A stretch of 62,634 bases of DNA, filler included, from Nemertoderma westbladi (GCA_032718475.1; 3 parts of 3 records of this genome joined end to end with filler, not necessarily neighbours in it), one strand, 5' to 3'. Counted from the first letter of the whole stretch, positions 1-11,876 are shown. Numbers and translations: made by a program. The notes: generated by a model not told the origin, from the sequence alone.

Positions 1-1
1 T

Positions 2-259
2 CTAGGGTTTGAACAAGGGAAATCTACCACACTATATGAGGATAATAATGGATGTATTGCTCTTTCGAAAGATCATCGATTTCATGGGAGAACTAAACAT
101 ATTGAAATAAAACATCACTTTGTTCGAGATATGGTGAATAAAAAACTTGTTACTTTAGAACACTGCTCATCGAACAACATGATTGCAGATATAATGACAA
201 AGCCTCTTTCAAAGGAGAAATTCATTGAGTTTAGAACAAAAATGATGACTCTCGTTTAA
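2..259 (+). CDS. Ty1/Copia pol C-terminus (RNase H), cut by the window edge
   Basis: Frame 2 reads LYEDNNGCIALSKDHRFHGRTKHIEIKHHFVRD...SNNMIADIMTKPL, the Copia RNase H signatures (EDN.G.I, RTKHI, ADxxTKPL); stop TAA at 257-259. Confidence 0.93.
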   Translation, partial: LGFEQGKSTTLYEDNNGCIALSKDHRFHGRTKHIEIKHHFVRDMVNKKLVTLEHCSSNNMIADIMTKPLSKEKFIEFRTKMMTLV

Positions 260-342
260 ATATATTGACATCGTGAAATCGTGAAATCGTCAGTATAATT
301 TGCACTTTTATCAGATGATCATGGGCTGACGACGAGTGGGAG

Positions 343-602
343 TGTTGGAAATCGTCTAACGCCCTTTTATATTGAACCCTTTATCTATCATCTGACTGTC
401 TGACTCCTACCGTCTGGTTCTGCAGTAGTACCGTTAGGCTGTTCTGTCATATTGTGTTTTTGGTGTTGGGTTGCGGTACCGGTAATGATTGTTTGTATTT
501 CATATATAACTGACTATATTTACTTAATACTGCAACGTATGATGTTGGAAGTTTTTTATTAAAAACAGTGGATTCGACTTGGAGAAATATATATTTCTAA
601 CA
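343..602 (+). mobile_element. Copia 3' LTR, preceded by a polypurine tract
   Basis: GAGTGGGAG (334-342) is followed by TGTTGGAAAT...ATTTCTAACA (9/10 terminal inverted match). The 42-bp satellite starts abruptly at 603. Confidence 0.8.
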
Positions 603-3600
603 ATATTGTCCTCCAGCTGGTCAACCAACCTGTCGTCTATTAGTATATTGTCATCCACCTGGTCAACCAACCTGTCGTCTATTAGTATATTGTCCTCCAG
701 CTGGTCAACCAACCTGTCGTCTATTAGTATATTGTCCTCCACCTGGTCAACCAACCTGTCGTCTATTAGTATATTGTCCTCCACCTGGTCAACCAACCTG
801 TCGTCTATTAGTATATTGTCCTCCACCTGGTCAACCAACCTGTCGTCTATTAGTATATTGTCCTCTACCTGGTCAACCAACCTGTCGTCTATTAGTATAT
901 TGTCCTCCACCTGGTCAACCAACCTGTCGTCTATTAGTATATTGTCCTCCACCTGGTCAACCAACCTGTCGTCTATTAGTATATTGTCCTCCACCTGGTC
1001 AACCAACCTGTCGTCTATTAGTATATTGTCCTCTACCTGGTTAACCAACCTGTCGTCTATTAGTATATTGTCCTCCACCTGGTCAACCAACCTGTCGTCT
1101 ATTAGTATATTGTCCTCCACCTGGTCAACCAACCTGTTGTCTATTAGTATATTGTCCTCCAGCTGGTCAACCAACCTGTCGGCTATTAGTATATTGTCCT
1201 CCAGCTGGTCAACCAACCTGTCGTCTATTAGTATATTGTCCTCCACCTGGTCAACCAACCTGTCGTCTATTAGTATATTGTCCTCCACCTGGTCAACCAA
1301 CCTGTCGTCTATTAGTATATTGTCCTCTACCTGGTCAACCAACCTGTCGTCTATTAGTATATTGTCCTCCACCTGGTCAACCAACCTGTCGTCTATTAGT
1401 ATATTGTCCTCCACCTGGTCAACCAACCTGTCGTCTATTAGTATATTGTCCTCCACCTGGTCAACCAACCTGTCGTCTATTAGTATATTGTCCTCTACCT
1501 GGTTAACCAACCTGTCGTCTATTAGTATATTGTCCGCCACCTGGTCAACCAACCTGTCGTCTATTAGTATATTGTCCTCCAGCTGGTCAACCAACCTGTC
1601 GTCTATTAGTATATTGTCCTCCACCTGGTCAACCAACCTGTCGTCTATTAGTATATTGTCCTCCACCTGGTCAACCAACCTGTCGTCTATTAGTATATTG
1701 TCCGCCACCTGGTCAACCAACCTGTCGTCTATTAGTATATTGTCATCCACCTGTTCAACCAACCTGTCGTCTATTAGTATATTGTCCTCCAGCTGGTCAA
1801 CCAACCTGTCGTCTATTAGTATATTGTCCTCCACCTGGTCAACCAACCTGTCGTCTATTAGTATATTGTCCTCCACCTGGTCAACCAACCTGTTGTCTAT
1901 TAGTATATTGTCCTCCACCTGGTCAACCAACCTGTCGTCTATTAGTATATTGTCCTCCACCTGGTCAACCAACCTGTCGTCTATTAGTATATTGTCCTCC
2001 ACCTGGTCAACCAACCTGTCGTCTATTAGTATATTGTCCTCCACCTGGTCAACCAACCTGTCGTCTATTAGTATATTGTCCTCTACCTGGTTAACCAACC
2101 TGTCGTCTATTAGTATATTGTCCGCCACCTGGTCAACCAACCTGTCGTCTATTAGTATATTGTCCTCCAGCTGGTCAACCAACCTGTCGTCTATTAGTAT
2201 ATTGTCCTCCACCTGGTCAACCAACCTGTCGTCTATTAGTATATTGTCCTCCACCTGGTCAACCAACCTGTCGTCTATTAGTATATTGTCCGCCACCTGG
2301 TCAACCAACCTGTCGTCTATTAGTATATTGTCCTCCAGCTGGTCAACCAACCTGTCGTCTATTAGTATATTGTCCTCCACCTGGTCAACCAACCTGTCGT
2401 CTATTAGTATATTGTCCTCTACCTGGTTAACCAACCTGTCGTCTATTAGTATATTGTCCGCCACCTGGTCAACCAAACTGTCGTCTATTAGTATATTGTC
2501 CTCCAGCTGGTCAACCAACCTGTCGTCTATTAGTATATTGTCCTCCACCTGGTCAACCAACCTGTCGTCTATTAGTATATTGTCCTCCACCTGGTCAACC
2601 AACCTGTCGTCTATTAGTATATTGTCCGCCACCTGGTCAACCAACCTGTCGTCTATTAGTATATTGTCCTCCAGCTGGTCAACCAACCTGTCGTCTATTA
2701 GTATATTGTCCTCCACCTGGTCAACCAACCTGTCGTCTATTAGTATATTGTCCTCTACCTGGTCAACCAACCTGTCGTCTATTAGTATATTGTCCTCCAC
2801 CTGGTCAACCAACCTGTCGTCTATTAGTATATTGTCCTCCACCTGGTCAACCAACCTGTCGTCTATTAGTATATTGTCCTCCACCTGGTCAACCAACCTG
2901 TCGTCTATTAGTATATTGTCCTCTACCTGGTTAACCAACCTGTCGTCTATTAGTATATTGTCCGCCACCTGGTCAACCAACCTGTCGTCTATTAGTATAT
3001 TGTCCTCCAGCTGGTCAACCAACCTGTCGTCTATTAGTATATTGTCCTCCACCTGGTCAACCAACCTGTCGTCTATTAGTATATTGTCCTCCACCTGGTC
3101 AACCAACCTGTCATCTATTAGTATATTGTCCGCCACCTGGTCAACCAACCTGTCGTCTATTAGTATATTGTCCTCCAGCTGGTCAACCAACCTGTCGTCT
3201 ATTAGTATATTGTCCTCCACCTGGTCAACCAACCTGTCGTCTATTAGTATATTGTCCTCTACCTGGTCAACAAACCTGTCGTCTATTAGTATATTGTCCT
3301 CCACCTGGTCAACCAACCTGTCGTCTATTAGTATATTGTCCTCTACCTGGTCAACCAACCTGTCGTCTATTAGTATATTGTCCTCCACCTGGTCAACCAA
3401 CCTGTCATCTATTAGTATATTGTCCGCCACCTGGTCAACCAACCTGTCGTCTATTAGTATATTGTCCTCCAGCTGGTCAACCAACCTGTCGTCTATTAGT
3501 ATATTGTCCTCCACCTGGTCAACCAACCTGTCGTCTATTAGTATATTGTCCTCTACCTGGTCAACCAACCTGTCGTCTATTAGTATATTGTCCTCCACCT

Positions 3601-4738
3601 GGTCAACCAACCTGTCGTCTATTAGTATATTGTCCTCTACCTGGTCAACCAACCTGTCGTCTATTAGTATATTGTCATCTACCTGGTCAACCAACCTGTC
3701 GTCTATTAGTATATTGTCCTCTACCTGATTAACCAACCTGTCGTCTATTAGTATATTGTCCTCCATCTGGTCAACTAACCTGTCGTCTATTAGTATATTG
3801 TCCTCCATCTGGTCAACCAACCTGTCGTCTATTAGTATATTGTCCTCTACCTGGTTAACCAACCTGTCGTCTATTAGTATATTGTCCTCCACCTGGTCAA
3901 CCAACCTGTCGTCTATTAGTATATTGTCCTCTACCTGGTCAACCAACCTGTCGTCTATTAGTATATTGTCCTCTACCTGGTCAACCAACCTGTCGTCTAT
4001 TAGTATATTGTCCTCCACCTGGTCAACCAACCTGTCGTCTATTAGTATATTGTCCTCCACCTGGTCAACCAACCTGTCGTCTATTAGTATATTGTCCTCC
4101 ACCTGGTCAACCAACCTGTCGTCTATTAGTATATTGTCCTCTACCTGGTCAACCAACCTGTCGTCTATTAGTATATTGTCCTCTACCTGGTCAACCAACC
4201 TGTCGTCTATTAGTATATTGTCCTCCAGCTGGTCAACCAACCTGTCGTCTATTAGTATATTGTCCTCCACCTGGTCAACCAACCTGTCGTCTATTAGTAT
4301 ATTGTCCTCCAGCTGGTCAACCAACCTGTCGTCTATTAGTATATTGTCCTCTACCTGGTCAACCAACCTGTCGTCTATTAGTATATTGTCCTCCAGCTGG
4401 TCAACCAACCTGTCGTCTATTAGTATATTGTCCTCCACCTGGTCAACCAACCTGTCGTCTATTAGTATATTGTCCTCCAGCTGGTCAACCAACCTGTCGT
4501 CTATTAGTATATTGTCCTCCACCTGGTCAACCAACCTGTCGTCTATTAGTATATTGTCCTCTACCTGGTCAACCAACCTGTCGTCTATTAGTATATTGTC
4601 CTCCCCCTGGTCAACCAACCTGTCGTCTATTAGTATATTGTCCTCTACCTGGTCAACCAACCTGTCGTCTATTAGTATATTGTCCTCCACCTGGTCAACC
4701 AACCTGTCGTCTATTAGTATATTATCCTCCACCTGGTC
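603..4738 (-). repeat. 42-bp tandem repeat (~98 units) derived from the dynein exon 3' end plus 5' splice site
   Basis: Minus-strand unit GACCAGGTGGAGGACAATATACTAATAGACGACAG|GTTGGTT. Donor positions at 4703 and 629 are exactly 97x42 apart. Recurrent variant blocks give higher-order structure. Confidence 0.97.
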
Positions 4739-4798
4739 ATCTGTAAGACCAACAGCGTCTGCTAACTTGCTCACAATGAACCTATGACGCTCATCCAT
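4704..4798 (-). CDS. DNAH5: Outer-arm dynein heavy chain (DNAH5/DNAH8-like) coding exon 5
   Basis: Acceptor ATTTTATTGCAG, then MDERHRFIVSKLADAVGLTDDQVEDNILIDD(R), donor AG|GTTGGT. Resembles the DNAH5 N-terminus as I recall it ([30 protein letters not shown]). DNAH5 and DNAH8 cannot be distinguished here. Confidence 0.75.
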
Positions 4799-4951
4799 CT
4801 GCAATAAAATAATAATTTATTTTAAATTTAATAATTATTTACCACAATTATATTGCATTCTATTTCACATTTCGGATTAAACAACCATTACTATTTCAAG
4901 GTGGGACCTAGAATTGGTTGTTCCTGTTATAAATAACCTGCACTGCAAAGC

Positions 4952-5535
4952 ACAGTACTACAGTACAGAACCGGTACCGGTACAGTACTACAGTACACAG
5001 TACAGTACCGGTACAGTACTACAGTACCGGTACCGGTACAGTACTACAGTACACAGTACAGTACCGGTACCGGTACAGTACTGCAGTACACAGTACAGTA
5101 CCGGTACCGGTACAGTACTACAGTACACAGTACAGTACCGGTACCGGTACAGTACTACAGTACAGTACCGGTACAGTACTACAGTCCACAGTACAGTACC
5201 GGTACCGGTACAGTACACAGTACAGTACCGGTACCGGTACAGTACTACAGTACACAGTACAGTACCGGTACCGGTACAGTACTACAGTACACAGTACAGT
5301 ACCGGTACCGGTACAGTACTACAGTACACAGTACAGTACCGGTACCGGTACAGTACTACAGTACAGTACTACAGTACACAGTACAGTACCGGTACCGGTA
5401 CAGTACTACAGTAGACAGTACAGTACCGGTACCGGTACAGTACTACAGTACACATTACAGTACCGGTACCGGTACAGTACACAGTACAGTACCGGTACAG
5501 TACTACAGTACACAGTACAGTACCGGTACCGGTAC
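4952..5535. repeat. ~37-bp composite minisatellite of CAGTA and TACCGGTA palindromic subunits
   Basis: Repeated CAGTACTACAGTACACAGTACAGTACCGGTACCGGTA with subunit slippage. Confidence 0.93.
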
Positions 5536-5650
5536 TCTCAACCCCCACCGCTAAGATGAAAGGTAAAATAAATATATTTTATTATCTCGACTTCCGTCCA
5601 CTGGGCGAGTCTGAATTTATATGTTTGTTTTAAATCCTTCAAATAATAAG

Positions 5651-6410
5651 TGGACAGCTGGTGGATGGCCGACCGACCCTGCATTGCTGATTCCGTTGGT
5701 GGACAGCTGGTGGATGGCCGAGCCGACCCTGCATTGCTGATTCCGTTGGTGGACAGCTGGTGGATGGCCGAGCCGACCCTGCATTGCTGATTCCGTTGGT
5801 GGACAGCTGGTGGATGGCCGAGCCGACCTTGCATTGCTGATTCCGTTGGTGGACAGCTGGTGGATGGCCGAGCCGACCCTGCATTGCTGATTCCGTTGGT
5901 GGACAGCTGGCGGATGGCCGAGCCGACCCTGCATTGCTGATTCCGTTGGTGGACAGCTGGTGGATGGCCGAGCCGACCCTGCATTGCTGATTCCGTTGGT
6001 GGACAGCTGGTGGATGGCCGAGCCGACCCTGCATTGCTGATTCCGTTGGTGGACAGCTGGTGGATGGCCGAGCCGACCCTGCATTGCTGATTCCGTTGGT
6101 GGACAGCTGGTGGATGGCCGAGCCGACCCTGCATTGCTGATTCCGTTGGTGGACAGCTGGTGGATGGCCGAGCCGACCCTGCATTGCTGATTCCGTTGGT
6201 GGACAGCTGGTGGATGGCCGAGCCGACCTTGCATTGCTGATTCCGTTGGTGGACAGCTGGTGGATGGCCGAGCCGACCCTGCATTGCTGATTCCGTTGGT
6301 GGACAGCTGGTGGATGGCCGAGCCGACCCTGCATTGCTGATTCCGTTGGTGGACAGCTGGTGGATGGCCGAGCCGACCCTGCATTGCTGATTCCGTTGGT
6401 GGACAGCTGG
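5651..6410. repeat. 50-bp GC-rich minisatellite, ~15 nearly identical copies
   Basis: Unit TGGACAGCTGGTGGATGGCCGAGCCGACCCTGCATTGCTGATTCCGTTGG. Confidence 0.96.
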
Positions 6411-6489
6411 TTGAGTATCAGTTGACTATGTATCAGTACTGTAAGCATACTCACTCACTTAAAATAAAATTTAATAAATGTTAACTTAC

Positions 6490-6551
6490 AGTGGACCGTC
6501 TCTCATCTTTGAGCTCCTTGGCTTGCTTTTGAGCTTCTTTTAAAGCTTCCC
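6490..6551 (-). CDS. DNAH5: Dynein heavy chain coding exon 4
   Basis: Acceptor TTCTTTCAG, reads (G)EALKEAQKQAKELKDERRST, donor GTAAGT. 62 nt, phase 1 in and phase 0 out, joining in frame to exon 5. Similar to the KGEKEAKRA stretch preceding LDARH in DNAH5. Confidence 0.75.
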
Positions 6552-7134
6552 CTGAAAGAACTACATTTTTTTTCGCCTAATAATAAATTAAAATAACATG
6601 AATATCCAGATAATATAAATTGTGCAAATGGATATAAGGGTCTGTCGAAATTAACCTAAGCTACGCTAAGCACGATGAACTGGAGCTCTGACAATTCGTC
6701 CTCTAGCGGCAGACAGAGGAATTCTAAAAGTCTGTCTGTATAATTTCTAATTAAGCAATGCTCGTAGGTTGCTACTACCAAATTTCAGATGAATCTTATG
6801 GTTGGTTCTATAATTACAGCTACTTTTACGTTTCTGTCAATTCGCCCCCTAGCGGCAGACAGATCATCTATAGAAGTCTGCCTGTGTGTGTACAATTTCT
6901 AAACTTTTGATAGACTACATGTGTACAAAGTTTGGTTGCATTTCATCATGATTGACCGACTTATTAGCCTTCAAACATTAAACCCAGCCACAAACAAACA
7001 AACAAAATAATAATAGTTGCAGGAACTCGACCAGAGCAGCAGTGATAATTAACTATTAACTATACTAATTAACTATATTTGCTGTGCACATAAATTAATT
7101 AATAAGTAGACTCTAACAGCTATTTCCGACCCGT

Positions 7135-10100
7135 CAGTCGTCACTGACGAGTGCAGCTAATGCTAGGTCACCTAGAGATAGTCGCTGACGAGTGCAGCTA
7201 TCGCTAGGTCACCTAGAGATAGGTCGGTCACTGACGAGTGCAGCTATCGCTAGGTCACCTAGAGATAGGTCGGTCGCTGACGAGTGCAGCTATCGCTAGG
7301 TCACCTAGAGATAGGTCGGTCACTGACGAGTGCAGCTATCGCTAGGTCACCTAGAGATAGGTCGGTCGCTGACGAGTGCAGCTATCGCTAGGTCACCTAG
7401 AGATAGGTCGGTCGCTGACGAGTGCAGCTATCGCTAGGTCACCTAGAGATAGGTCGCGGATGAGTGCAGCTATCGCTAGGTCACCTAGAGACCACCAGAG
7501 ACCTAGAGTCGCAACTGTAGCGAGTGCATCTATCGCTAGGTCACCTAGAGTCGCAACTGTAGCGAGTGCAGCTATCTCTAGGTCACCTAGAGACCTAGAG
7601 TCGCAACTGTAGCGAGTGCAGCTATCGCTAGGTCACCTAGAGACCTAGAGTCGCAACTGTAGCAAGTGCAGCTATCGCTAGGTCACACGGAGATAGCGTC
7701 AATGACGAGTGCAGCTATCGCTAGATCACCTAGAGATAGTTCGGTCACTGACGAGTGCAGCTATCGCTAGGTCACCTAGAGATAGGTCGGTCGCTCACGA
7801 GTGCAGCTATCGCTAGTTCACCTAGAGATAGGTCGGTCGCTCACGAGTGCAGCTATCGCTAGTTCACCTAGAGATAGGTCGGTCGCTGACGAGTGCAGCT
7901 ATCGCTAGGTCACCTAGAGATAGGTCGGTCGCTCACGAGTGCAGCTATCGCTAGTTCACCTAGAGATAGGTCGGTCGCTGACGAGTGCAGCTATCGCTAG
8001 TTCACCTAGAGATAGGTCGGTCACTGACGAGTGCAGCTATCGCTAGGTCACCTAGAGATAGGTCGGTCGCTGACGAGTGCAGCTATCGCTAGGTCACCTA
8101 GAGATAGGTCGGTCACTGACGAGTGCAGCTATCGCTAGGTCACCTAGAGATAGGTCGGTCGCTCACGAGTGCAGCTATTGCTAGGTCACCTAGAGATAGG
8201 TTGGTCACTGACGAGTGCAGCTATCGCTAGTTCACCTAGAGATAGGTCGGTCACTGACGAGTGCAGCTATCGCTAGGTCACCTAGAGATAGGTCGGTCAC
8301 TGACGAGTGCAGCCATCGCTAGGTCACCTAGAGATAGGTCGCTGATGAGTGCAGCTATCGCTAGGTCACCTAGAGATAGGTCGGACGCTGACGAGTGCAG
8401 CTATCGCTAGTTCACCTAGAGATAGGTCGGACGCTGACGAGTGCAGCTATCGCTAGGTCACCTAGAGATAGGTCGGTCACTGACGAGTGCAGCTATCGCT
8501 AGGTCACCTAGAGATAGGTCGGTCGCTGACGAGTGCAGCTATCGCTAGGTCACCTAGAGATAGGTCGGTCACTGACGAGTGCAGCCATCGCTAGGTCACC
8601 TAGAGATAGGTCGCTGATGAGTGCAGCTATCGCTAGGTCACCTAGAGATAGGTCGGACGCTGACGAGTGCAGCTATCGCTAGTTCACCTAGAGATAGGTC
8701 GGACGCTGACCAGTGCAGCTATCGCTAGGTCACCTAGAGATAGGTCGGTCGCTGACGAGTGCAGCTATCGCTAGGTCACCTAGCGATAGGTCGGTCGCTG
8801 ACGAGTGCAGCTATCGCTAGGTCACCTAGAGATAGGTCGCTGACGAGTGCAGCTATCGCTAGGTCACCTAGAGATAGGTCGGTCACTGACGAGCGCAGCT
8901 ATCGCTAGTTCACCTAGAGATAGGTCGGTCGCTGACGAGTGCAGCTATCGCTAGGTCACCTAGAGATAGGTCGCTGACGAGTGCAGCTATCGCTAGGTCA
9001 CCTAGAGATAGGTCGGTCGCTGACGAGTGCAGCTATCGCTAGGTCACCTAGAGATAGGTCGGACGCTGACCAGTGCAGCTATCGCTAGGTCACCTAGAGA
9101 TAGGTCGCTGACGAGTGCAGCTATCGCTAGGTCACCTAGAGATAGGTCGGTCGCTGACGAGTGCAGCTATCGCTAGGTCACCTAGAGATAGGTCGGACGC
9201 TGACCAGTGCAGCTATCGCTAGTTCACCTAGCGATAGGTCGGACGCTGACCAGTGCAGCTATCGCTAGTTCACCTAGCGATAGGTCGGTCGCTGACGAGT
9301 GCAGCTATCGCTAGGTCACCTAGAGATAGGTCGGTCACTGACGAGTGCAGCTATCGCTAGGTCACCTAGAGATAGGTCGGTCGCTGACGAGTGCAGCTAT
9401 CGCTAGTTCACCTAGAGATAGGTCGGACGCTGACCAGTGCAGCTATCGCTAGGTCACCTAGAGATAGGTCGCGACGAGTGCAGCTATCGCTAGGTCACCT
9501 AGAGATAGGTCGGTCGCTCACGAGTGCAGCTATTGCTAGGTCACCTAGAGATAGGTTGGTCACTGACGAGTGCAGCTATCGCTAGGTCACCTAGAGATAG
9601 GTCGGACGCTGACGAGTGCAGCTATCGCTAGGTCACCTAGAGATGGGTCGGACGCTGACCAGTGCAGCTATCGCTAGGTCACCTAGAGATAGGTCGCTGA
9701 CGAGTGCGGCTATCGCTAGTTCACCTAGAGATAGGTCGGTCACTGACGAGTGCAGCTATCGCTAGGTCACCTAGAGATAGGTTGGTAGCTGACGAGTGCA
9801 GCTATCGCTAGGTCACCTAGAGATAGGTCGGTCACTGACGAGTGCAGCTATCGCTAGGTCACCTAGAGATAGGTAGCTGACGAGTGCAGCTATCGCTAGG
9901 TCACCTAGAGATAGGTCGGTCACTGACGAGTGCAGCTATCGCTAGTTCACCTAGAGATAGGTCGGTCGCTGACGAGTGCAGCTATCGCTAGTTCACCTAG
10001 AGATAGGTCGGTCACTGACGAGTGCAGCTATCGCTAGTTCACCTAGAGATAGGTCGGTCGCTGACGAGTGCAGCTATCGCTAGTTCACCTAGCGATAGGT

Positions 10101-10964
10101 CGGTCACTGACGAGTGCAGCTATCGCTAGGTCACCTAGAGATAGGTCGCTGATGAGTGCAGCTATCGCTAGGTCACCTAGAGATAGGTCGGACGCTGACG
10201 AGTGCAGCTATCGCTAGTTCACCTAGAGATAGGTCGGTCGCTGACGAGTGCAGCTATCGCTAGGTCACCTAGAGATAGGTCGGTCACTGACGAGTGCAGC
10301 TATCGCTAGGTCACCTAGAGATAGGTCGGTCACTAACGAGTGCAGCTATCGCTAGGTCACCTAGAGATAGGTCGGTCACTGGCGAGTGCAGCTATCGCTA
10401 CGTCACCTAGAGATAGGTCGGTCACTGGCGAGTGCAGCTATCGCTACGTCACCTAGTGACCGTCAGTCGTCACTGACGAGTGCAGCTATTGCTAGGTCAC
10501 CTAGAGATAGGTCGGTCGCTGACGAGTGCAGCTATCGCTAGGTCACCTAGAGATGGGTCGGTCACTGGCGAGTGCAGCTATCGCTACGTCACCTAGAGAT
10601 AGGTCGGTCACTGGCGAGTGCAGCTATCGCTACGTCACCTAGAGATAGGTCGGTCACTGGCGAGTGCAGCTATCGCTACGTCACCTAGAGATAGGTCGGT
10701 CACTGGCGAGTGCAGCTATCGCTACGTCACCTAGAGATAGGTCGGTCACTGGCGAGTGCAGCTATCGCTACGTCACCTAGTGACCGTCAGTCGTCACTGA
10801 CGAGTGCAGCTATTGCTAGGTCACCTAGAGATAGGTCGGTCGCTGACGAGTGCAGCTATTGCTAGGTCACCTAGAGATAGGTCGGTCACTGACGAGTGCA
10901 GCTATCGCTAGGTCACCTAGAGACCGTCAGTCGTCACTGACGAGTGCAGCTATCGCTAGTTCAC
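7135..10964 (-). repeat. ~46-bp (and 42-bp variant) hairpin-containing tandem repeat, roughly 80-85 units, starting at the micro-exon donor
   Basis: Plus-strand unit GACGAGTGCAGCTATCGCTAGGTCACCTAGAGATAGGTCGGTCGCT with internal inverted repeat CTATC-G-CTAGG/TCA/CCTAG-A-GATAG. The minus strand contains TCTCTAG|GTGACC, matching the micro-exon end. Confidence 0.95.
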
Positions 10965-10980
10965 CTAGAGACGGTCGCAA
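10965..10980 (-). CDS. DNAH5: Dynein heavy chain 16-nt micro-exon (exon 3)
   Basis: CTTAATTGACCTCCTCATCTACAG|TTG CGA CCG TCT CTA G|GTGAAC gives LRPSL(G). It supplies exactly the phase 0 to phase 1 conversion needed between exons 2 and 4. Confidence 0.6.
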
Positions 10981-11135
10981 CTGTAGATGAGGAGGTCAAT
11001 TAAGTATTTATTTACAGTATCTAATTTATTTTATTGTTAAAATTGTGTTTTTGTCATCTAAATGCCTCAAAATCTAGTATTTAGTAAGACTCGTTTTTAT
11101 TTAAAGCCACGCTAACGAGTGTTCCGACCACTTAC

Positions 11136-11188
11136 CGTTGGACGTTGGTATCGAGTCTTACGACCACCTTCTTGATTGTCAGTCTCTC
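11136..11188 (-). CDS. DNAH5: Dynein heavy chain coding exon 2
   Basis: Acceptor ACTTTTTTTTAG, reads (G)ETDNQEGGRKTRYQRPT, donor GTAAGT. 53 nt, phase 1 in and phase 0 out. Confidence 0.62.
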
Positions 11189-11667
11189 CTAAAAAAAAGT
11201 TAAGTAATGTTATTAACTCTCTGGAAATGGATTGTTTTCGGCTGGAACCCAGTTCAAAAAGCGAACTGGAAAGCTATGGACTCATAGTGGATCCAGTGCT
11301 CACAAGTCCCAGATAGACTATAATATTCTGTTTCGTAGGAAATGAAGGAGCTCTATACAAGATTGTAATGCATTTACACTTCGACCCTTCTCTAGTGATC
11401 ACCGCCTTATTATGGCCAAGGTAAGACTTAGTCTGCGTGCTAGCAGAACAACGAAATCTGCCTTGCCACGGTATTATACATTTATTATAGGAAGGGATCT
11501 TGGGGTCTTAACCTCGAATGATAAGTTTATTTTACCGAAAATAACTTATCTTTTATTGGCGCAATTGTAGGACTAATCCCATCACATGCGTACTTTTTAA
11601 CCGGGTAGTGTACAAATTTAGGAATCGCGTAATTTTTTCTTGAAATTAATATCTCATATCTCTCCAA

Positions 11668-11710
11668 ACCACGTACGCGTTTCGACCTTACTGGGTCTCA
11701 TCAGCGTGGT
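11668..11710 (-). ncRNA. Minimal type I hammerhead ribozyme (inverted copy)
   Basis: Reverse complement reads ACCACG-CTGATGA-GACC CAGTAA GGTC-GAA-ACGCGT-A-CGTGGT. Confidence 0.88.
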
Positions 11711-11833
11711 GTCGGATTCGAACCTGGGACCTCGAGGTGGAAGCCGAGACTACAACCACTAGGCCACAGGTTCTTGAGATATGGAGTATTAATTTCAAAG
11801 CCAGCTGCCATTTTATTAGCAAACGAATCCGAC

Positions 11834-11876
11834 ACCACGCTGATGAGACCCAATAAGGTCGAAACGCGTACGTGGT
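11834..11876 (+). ncRNA. Minimal type I hammerhead ribozyme (tandem copy 1)
   Basis: Stem I ACCACG/CGTGGT, core CTGATGA, stem II GACC/GGTC with loop CAATAA, GAAA, palindromic stem III ACGCGT, cleavage triplet GUA ending at 11870. Confidence 0.88.

Noticed and set aside
524-4804. 1426-aa minus-strand ORF and 1049/343-aa plus-strand ORFs as standalone repeat-protein genes
   Set aside because: The listed start is the TTG inside a splice acceptor, only 4704-4798 is unique exon, the rest is a 42-bp array, and the stop lies in a Copia LTR. Plus-strand ORFs are antisense by-products.
5538-6454. Three overlapping ~250-aa ORFs
   Set aside because: The same peptide cycles through all frames because of the 50-bp period; satellite artefact.
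7135-10964. CRISPR array (palindromic repeats at regular spacing)
   Set aside because: No unique spacers, no cas genes, and a eukaryotic intron context.
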